From positions 21,699 through 85,698 of the forward strand of contig CAWAXX010000002.1 in the NCBI GenBank assembly GCA_963786105.1: a stretch of DNA of 64,000 nt. Reading direction: 5' to 3'. The notes under the pieces are model-generated. The model did no database searches. It was given only the letters and a program-made list of their open reading frames with translations, and had not been told where the DNA came from. This DNA is from Vulcanimicrobiota bacterium (GTDB lineage: Bacteria; Vulcanimicrobiota; Vulcanimicrobiia; Vulcanimicrobiales; Vulcanimicrobiaceae). Both the position numbers and the translations under genes were made by a program. Every line of letters starts with the position of its first letter. The first letter of the stretch is position 1. Positions 58,773 through 64,000 of the stretch are shown one piece after another.

Positions 58773-61700
58773 GGAGTGCGATGCGAGCGATCGGGCCGGC
58801 GTCCACCGAACCCAAAGCTAGCGCGGCGTACGATTCGGTAAAGCATGACGGCGACGGCGTCATTAAAGAGCGATTCGCACTCGACGACGGTCGCGAGCGT
58901 CTTGGGCACGCGAATCCGACGGAAGACGGCGACGACTGCAATAGGGTCCGTAGCGGGAAGGATTGCGCCAGTCGGGTCAGGTGAGCCCGAACGGAACGTG
59001 AACGATCGTAAGCGCTCCCCGCGACGATCAGCGCGGTGAGCACGACGCAGGGGCGGCGGAGTTCAGCGATCGCCGGCCACTGACGGATAATCGCCTTGTA
59101 GTTTAGATTCCAAGCCGCTTCAAACAGTAAAGGCGGCAGGAAGCGTACAACGCGCCGTGGCCGAGCGCGTAGGCGAACGAGACCGGGGAAAAGACGCCGA
59201 ATACGATGCCGACGCCAACAACAGCAATAATCTGCCAGAGTTTCATCGACCCCGTTACGTGGCGTTCCAACGTTACATTTTCTGCGTCGAATTCTGGTCA
59301 CGCACCGCGCCCCAGGAAGTCTCCCATCGTCCGATGGCCCCTAGCGCTTCGCGCCAACTACGCGAAAATTGGGTACCGGCCCTCCCGGCAGTAACTTAAT
59401 CGGGAGACCAGCCTCTGCCGATCCCGGCTAAATAAACGGTGCTCACCGAAAAGCCCAAAAATGATTAGCTTGATGTATCTGTGGGAAATCATCCGGTGAA
59501 TGCGGACTTAGGTGACAGGACCCCTCATCCCCTCATCCTAGTCAGCATATTATCGTCCGTACAGCACTGGAAGGCCATGGGCTAACAAACCCAAAAACTC
59601 GGCCAACGGAGACTGGGTAGAACCTTACGACGATCGTACGACAACTGAGCGGAAACGGGCGGAAAATGCGAACGCCAGCAGAGCGCTTGCTTCCAAAAAG
59701 CCGCGGCCGCTGCTTCACCGAGAGCGCCTATTTCTTGGATTTCTTGCGTCGATTAGGATTTGCTCGCTTCTTGCTTCGCATGTAAGGGGTCCGGGGTTCG
59801 AGTCCCCGCATCTCCACGACTCGGAAACCCGCGCCAGTGCTAGCATCAGGAGTTTTCTCCATGCGCCGAGCCTAAATGGCTCCCACCACAGCCAGCCAGA
59901 GAAATGAGAGTGACGTCATCGTCACTTGCATGTCCGCGATGATGATTCGCCTTCCATGTCGCTCATAGAAGCGTCTGACGCTGCCGTATTGCGATACGAG
60001 CGGCGTCAATGCGGCTAGCGCGAAGCCTACGCCGTTGACGCAAAATATGACAAGCGCGAGGTACAACGAGGAATAGGTGAGCACATTGTTGGAAGCGCTA
60101 CCGCGACTACCAGTCCCATAAGCCAATGCGAGTCCAGTGCCAACGGCCGCCGAGAAATAGATCTCTTCCATCAGCATGAGCCCGAGACTATCCGTAGCCA
60201 TGGCTACGAGCAGGAATGCGGGCGGAGAAGACGTAGAGAACAGGCGCCAGCCGTCCAGACCCGTTTGCCTGAAGGAGCGGCAACAGTGCGAACCACGAAA
60301 GGAAGGAACACCGTGCGGTATTCGATGGTCGAGGCAAGGCTAAAATGAACGCGCTGGACTAAATCTGCGCTCGTGTCGCACGCGGCAAATAGAGATCAGA
60401 AACGCGCTGCCCGCCCAGTACAAGTACGCAGGAAATTAAGAACATGACGACGACCGTGTCGAGGGAATTTCCGCGCGGCCTGCCTGTCATGCGCGAGGGT
60501 TACGACAGCACTACCCCCGTAAATGCAAAACCGGCCAGGGTGCCGACGATCGCAACGTGGAGCTGCGAAACCTGGTCCAGCATCCACGGATAGTCGCTAC
60601 GCCGTATCGAGCCGCGACGCCGTGCGTGCAGGACAGTCGCCAAGCCGATCGCCGAAGCAACAAGGAAACCTCGTAGCACCCACATGCATTCTGAAGACTT
60701 TCCGTTCCTGTTTGGGAAGAAAACGCCTCGCGCAGGGCTCGCGCGAGCGGGCTCACCGCTTTACATCCCAGCCTTGCGGATCGACTGGAATCAACGGCGT
60801 GTTGAGCCGGTACCCGGTTCCCGGCGGCTCAGACCCATGAGTCGTTGCTCGTAGTAGAGCGGAATCACCGGAAGGTCTTCGTGGACGAGGCGCGCGATGG
60901 CATCGAAATCGCGATGGCGCTGCGCTTCGCTCGGCGTACGCGCCGGTCGTCGAACAACGACTCAAATCGCGGCGAGCAGTAAAACGAATGGTTCTCGTCA
61001 CCCTTTATGGCCTGCACGCAGCGCAGGTTGAGCGACTGCTCGGGATCGCTGCCGCCCACCCAGCTTCCGCCACCATCGTCGCCTTACCGTTGCGCAACAA
61101 GCCTTATGGGCTAGACCAGACGCGCGCAGGTTCCGTCTTCAGCGTGACGTCCATGCCGATCGCCGCGAGCTGCGCTTGCACGAGCGTTGCCAGGCGCACC
61201 GTAATCGGATTTTCCGAGTCGGCAGCGATCAGGCCGCTCAACGGTTCGCCGCGTTTCGAGCGCACGCCATCGCGCAGCACCCACCCGGCCTCGTCCAGTT
61301 CGCGACCCGCCTCGCGTAGATCGTGCGGTTCTGGCGCAACCGCCGCTGCTTTCCAGTTCGATGGGTGGCGGTAAGAACGACCCGCCCATCGGGTATTCGT
61401 GCCGCCATGCGTTGGCCAGTGCTCCGGCATCCAGGGCGTAGGCAATCGCTCGACGCACGTGGCGTCGTTCGTCGGCGCAATCCGGGTGTGCAGATAGAGA
61501 AAGCCCGTCGCATTTTCCGGAAAGCGCAGCACTCGAATGAACGGGAGAAGCTCGGCCTGCGCGGCGTTTCCGGCGTGAGCGTACCGACGTCGACCGCCCC
61601 CGACCCAGGGTAACGAAGTTCGAGTTGAGGTTCGGCACCATCTGCATCACGATCTGCTGCAGCTTCGGCCGAGTACGAAGTAAGGATTCGGCTCGAAGAC

Positions 61701-64000
61701 GATGCGGTCGCCGCGCAACCATCGCTTCACGCGAAACGGACCGGTACCGAACGGCGCATCGTCCCAGGACGATCCGACCACCTTGGTATCAGGTAAACGC
61801 ATACTCGGCAAGATTCCGTACACGTAATACGCTCCGCGAAAAGCGCGCGAACGGCGGGGCATTCCCGCGGTGCGCGAAGGCGAATCACCACGGTATACGG
61901 ATCGGGCATTCTGCAGGGGGACGATACGCCGGTACGGTTCGACCGACGTCGCGCCGTTGCGCGGATCGAATATCGCTCGATAGGTGAACGCCACATCGGC
62001 CGAGCGTAAATTCCACGCCGTCGGCAAAGCGCACGCCGCGGCGCAGAAATAATTGTTACATAAGACGGGTTCCGTCCGCCGAGATGTCGTGGCTCCCTCG
62101 CGAGGGACCCCTCGTGACAAATCGGCGCGGTCGTTTTACCACGTCGAGGCCCACCAACGTCTGGCAAAAGAGCGTGTCGAGTGCGATGACCTCTTGCGCG
62201 ATCGCCACAGCGGGACGAGCGATGCGGGGTCGCCTGCATACGCGATTCTCAACGCGTGCGGCGCGCCGATCGGCGCGCCGCTGCGCGCACAGCCCGCAAC
62301 CGTCGTTACCGCAAGTGCGAACGCAGCCAACAGTCTGCGCCAAGCCGCGTTGAGGGGTCATATCCTACGCCGACCTTCTGCTACCGATCGTAAGCGCCAG
62401 AGTCCGACTCGGACCTAAAGAAGGCGGCGACGCGCTTGCGCGTGCCGCCGCCATCGAGCTCTCGATGGGGCTAGTGGTCTAGCGCTTCTCCGACGCAGCG
62501 ACTGCGTTCAAAAGTCCGTCAAGCAGGCCGGGAACATGTCGTCGATGAGCTCGCGGCGCAGCGAGACCGAATTTCTCCCGGCCCTCGTAGCGGCCCCTGA
62601 ACGAGCCCCGACTCACGCAGCACCTTAAAGTGATGCGTGAGGTTCTGCTTGTTGGTGACGTCGAAGGGGCAGCACTCCTCGCGCGCGGTGCTCCCCAGGC
62701 GCGTGGGACGAGGCCAGACCAGAATGCCGTAGATCGTGATGTCTTCGCGCTCGGGATACCAATAGGTACGCGGGGCGGCTTCAGTACAGTAATTTCTTGC
62801 AATTCACTCTTGACAGTAAAATGAGTCTTGTACTATTATTAGTACAAGATGTATTGTCATCCCGAGCCCCAGGGACGTCCATCCGCGACTTGTCGCTCGA
62901 CGCACGTCTCTCCTACGAAACCCTCCGCGGCAACGCCGAGTTGCTCGGCGGGGTCTCAGCCAGCTTCTCGCGCGAAGCCTACCACCAGGCGCTTGCTACC
63001 TCCACGCCCAATGCCTGGACGCATTTCGTGGAAACGGCCGACACGCTCGCCGCCACCTCCCAGTCGGTCGAGACCGTCGTCCCGCTGAGCCCCAACGAGC
63101 GCGAGGCCTACGCGTTCTTCGAACAGATCGCCGGCGAAAACGCCGACCCTGTTTCCGTCAAACGCCGGCACTCGTCTAATTCAGCATGAAAAGCCCAAGA
63201 TGCCCACCGTCGTCGAATACGGCGCGCGACGCTTCGCCGTGGTCTGTGCCGTGATGCTCGCCGCGCTTTTGCTGATGTCGATCGACGCGACGATCGTCAA
63301 CGTCGCGCTCCCCACGATCAACGGCAACCTCGGCGCGACGTCGACGAAGGGACGTGGGTCCTCACGGCCTACGTCATCGCAAACGTCGTCGTCATCCCGC
63401 TTACGCCGTGGCTGCAACTGCGCTTCGGTCGCAAACCGTACTTTCTCACCTCGATCATCGGTTTCACGATCGCCTCGCTCGCCTGCGGGATGGCGCCTCC
63501 GCTCGGTGCGCGTGATCGTCTTCCGTCTCGTGCAGGGCGCGTTCGGCGGCGGGATCCTGGCGACCGCGCAGGTCGTTCGCGAGACGTTCCGCCCGAGCAG
63601 CTCGGGACGAGCCAGGCGATCTACGCGATGGGCGTCGTCCTCGGCCCCTCGATCGGGCCGACGCTGGGCGGCCTCATCACCGACAACATGAGCTGGCGCT
63701 GGGTCTTCGACGTCAACCTCGTCCCGGGCGCGATCGCCGTCGTGCTGCTCTCGTGCGCGATCCAGCCGCACGGCGCGCCGCACCGTGTTCGACGTGGTCG
63801 GCGTCGCGCTGCTCGCCATCGGCCTCGGCTGTCTGCAATACGTGCTCGACGAGGGCGAGCGAAACGGCTGGAGTGTTCGGCGACACGACGATTACGTTGA
63901 CGGCGGTCGTCGCGACCGTACGCCTTTTCGTTCGTGCTCTGGGGATTTGTTCGGCACAGTTGCGTTACACGTGTTCGCCAACCGGAGCGGTGTGGGCGGA
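58773..64000 (-). repeat. Inverted fold-back duplicate of about 53471-58761 (error-rich; probable artefact)
   Basis: ...GCATCGCACTCC-AAACGGTCGCA-GGAGTGCGATGC... junction. Reverse copies of the antiporter, tRNA fragment, membrane protein, binding protein, ArsR and MFS genes follow, all riddled with indels. Confidence 0.95.

Noticed and set aside
59678..59700. AGAGCGCTTGCTTCC resembling the missing tRNA 5' part
   Set aside because: It occurs only in the error-rich arm; the left-arm equivalent differs and the spacing does not form a tRNA.
58773..64000. Independent pseudogene cluster or transposon with terminal inverted repeats
   Set aside because: It is a collinear mirror of the adjacent sequence with an 11-nt centre, and no transposase or protelomerase is seen.

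Overview
This is a GC-rich bacterial chromosomal window. The lipoprotein, TonB-receptor and STAND gene styles suggest a diderm soil bacterium, possibly Ca. Eremiobacterota (inference only). It holds a complete form I aerobic CO dehydrogenase cluster (coxMSL with the AYRCSFR motif, coxG, XdhC-YHS, coxD, coxE, a second XdhC, mocA) and a TonB-dependent receptor / FAD amine oxidase / APC permease operon. There are four STAND-type NTPase-TPR proteins: two with a class III cyclase N-terminus and two with a SARP (wHTH-BTAD) N-terminus; three of them sit directly beside secreted beta-propeller genes. The rest includes many secreted or lipoprotein genes, VOC/HxlR and ArsR/MFS modules, and the 3' half of a tRNA-Ala(CGC) that looks like an att site. 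The best new signal is a local SARP-STAND regulon: three promoters around the 41.4-44.9 kb regulator share the architecture TAGACG-N5-TAGACG-N9-(-10 box). From 58773 to the end, the sequence is an error-rich inverted (fold-back) copy of about 53471-58761, most likely a read or assembly artefact. Several frameshifts after 43 kb are probably sequencing errors.
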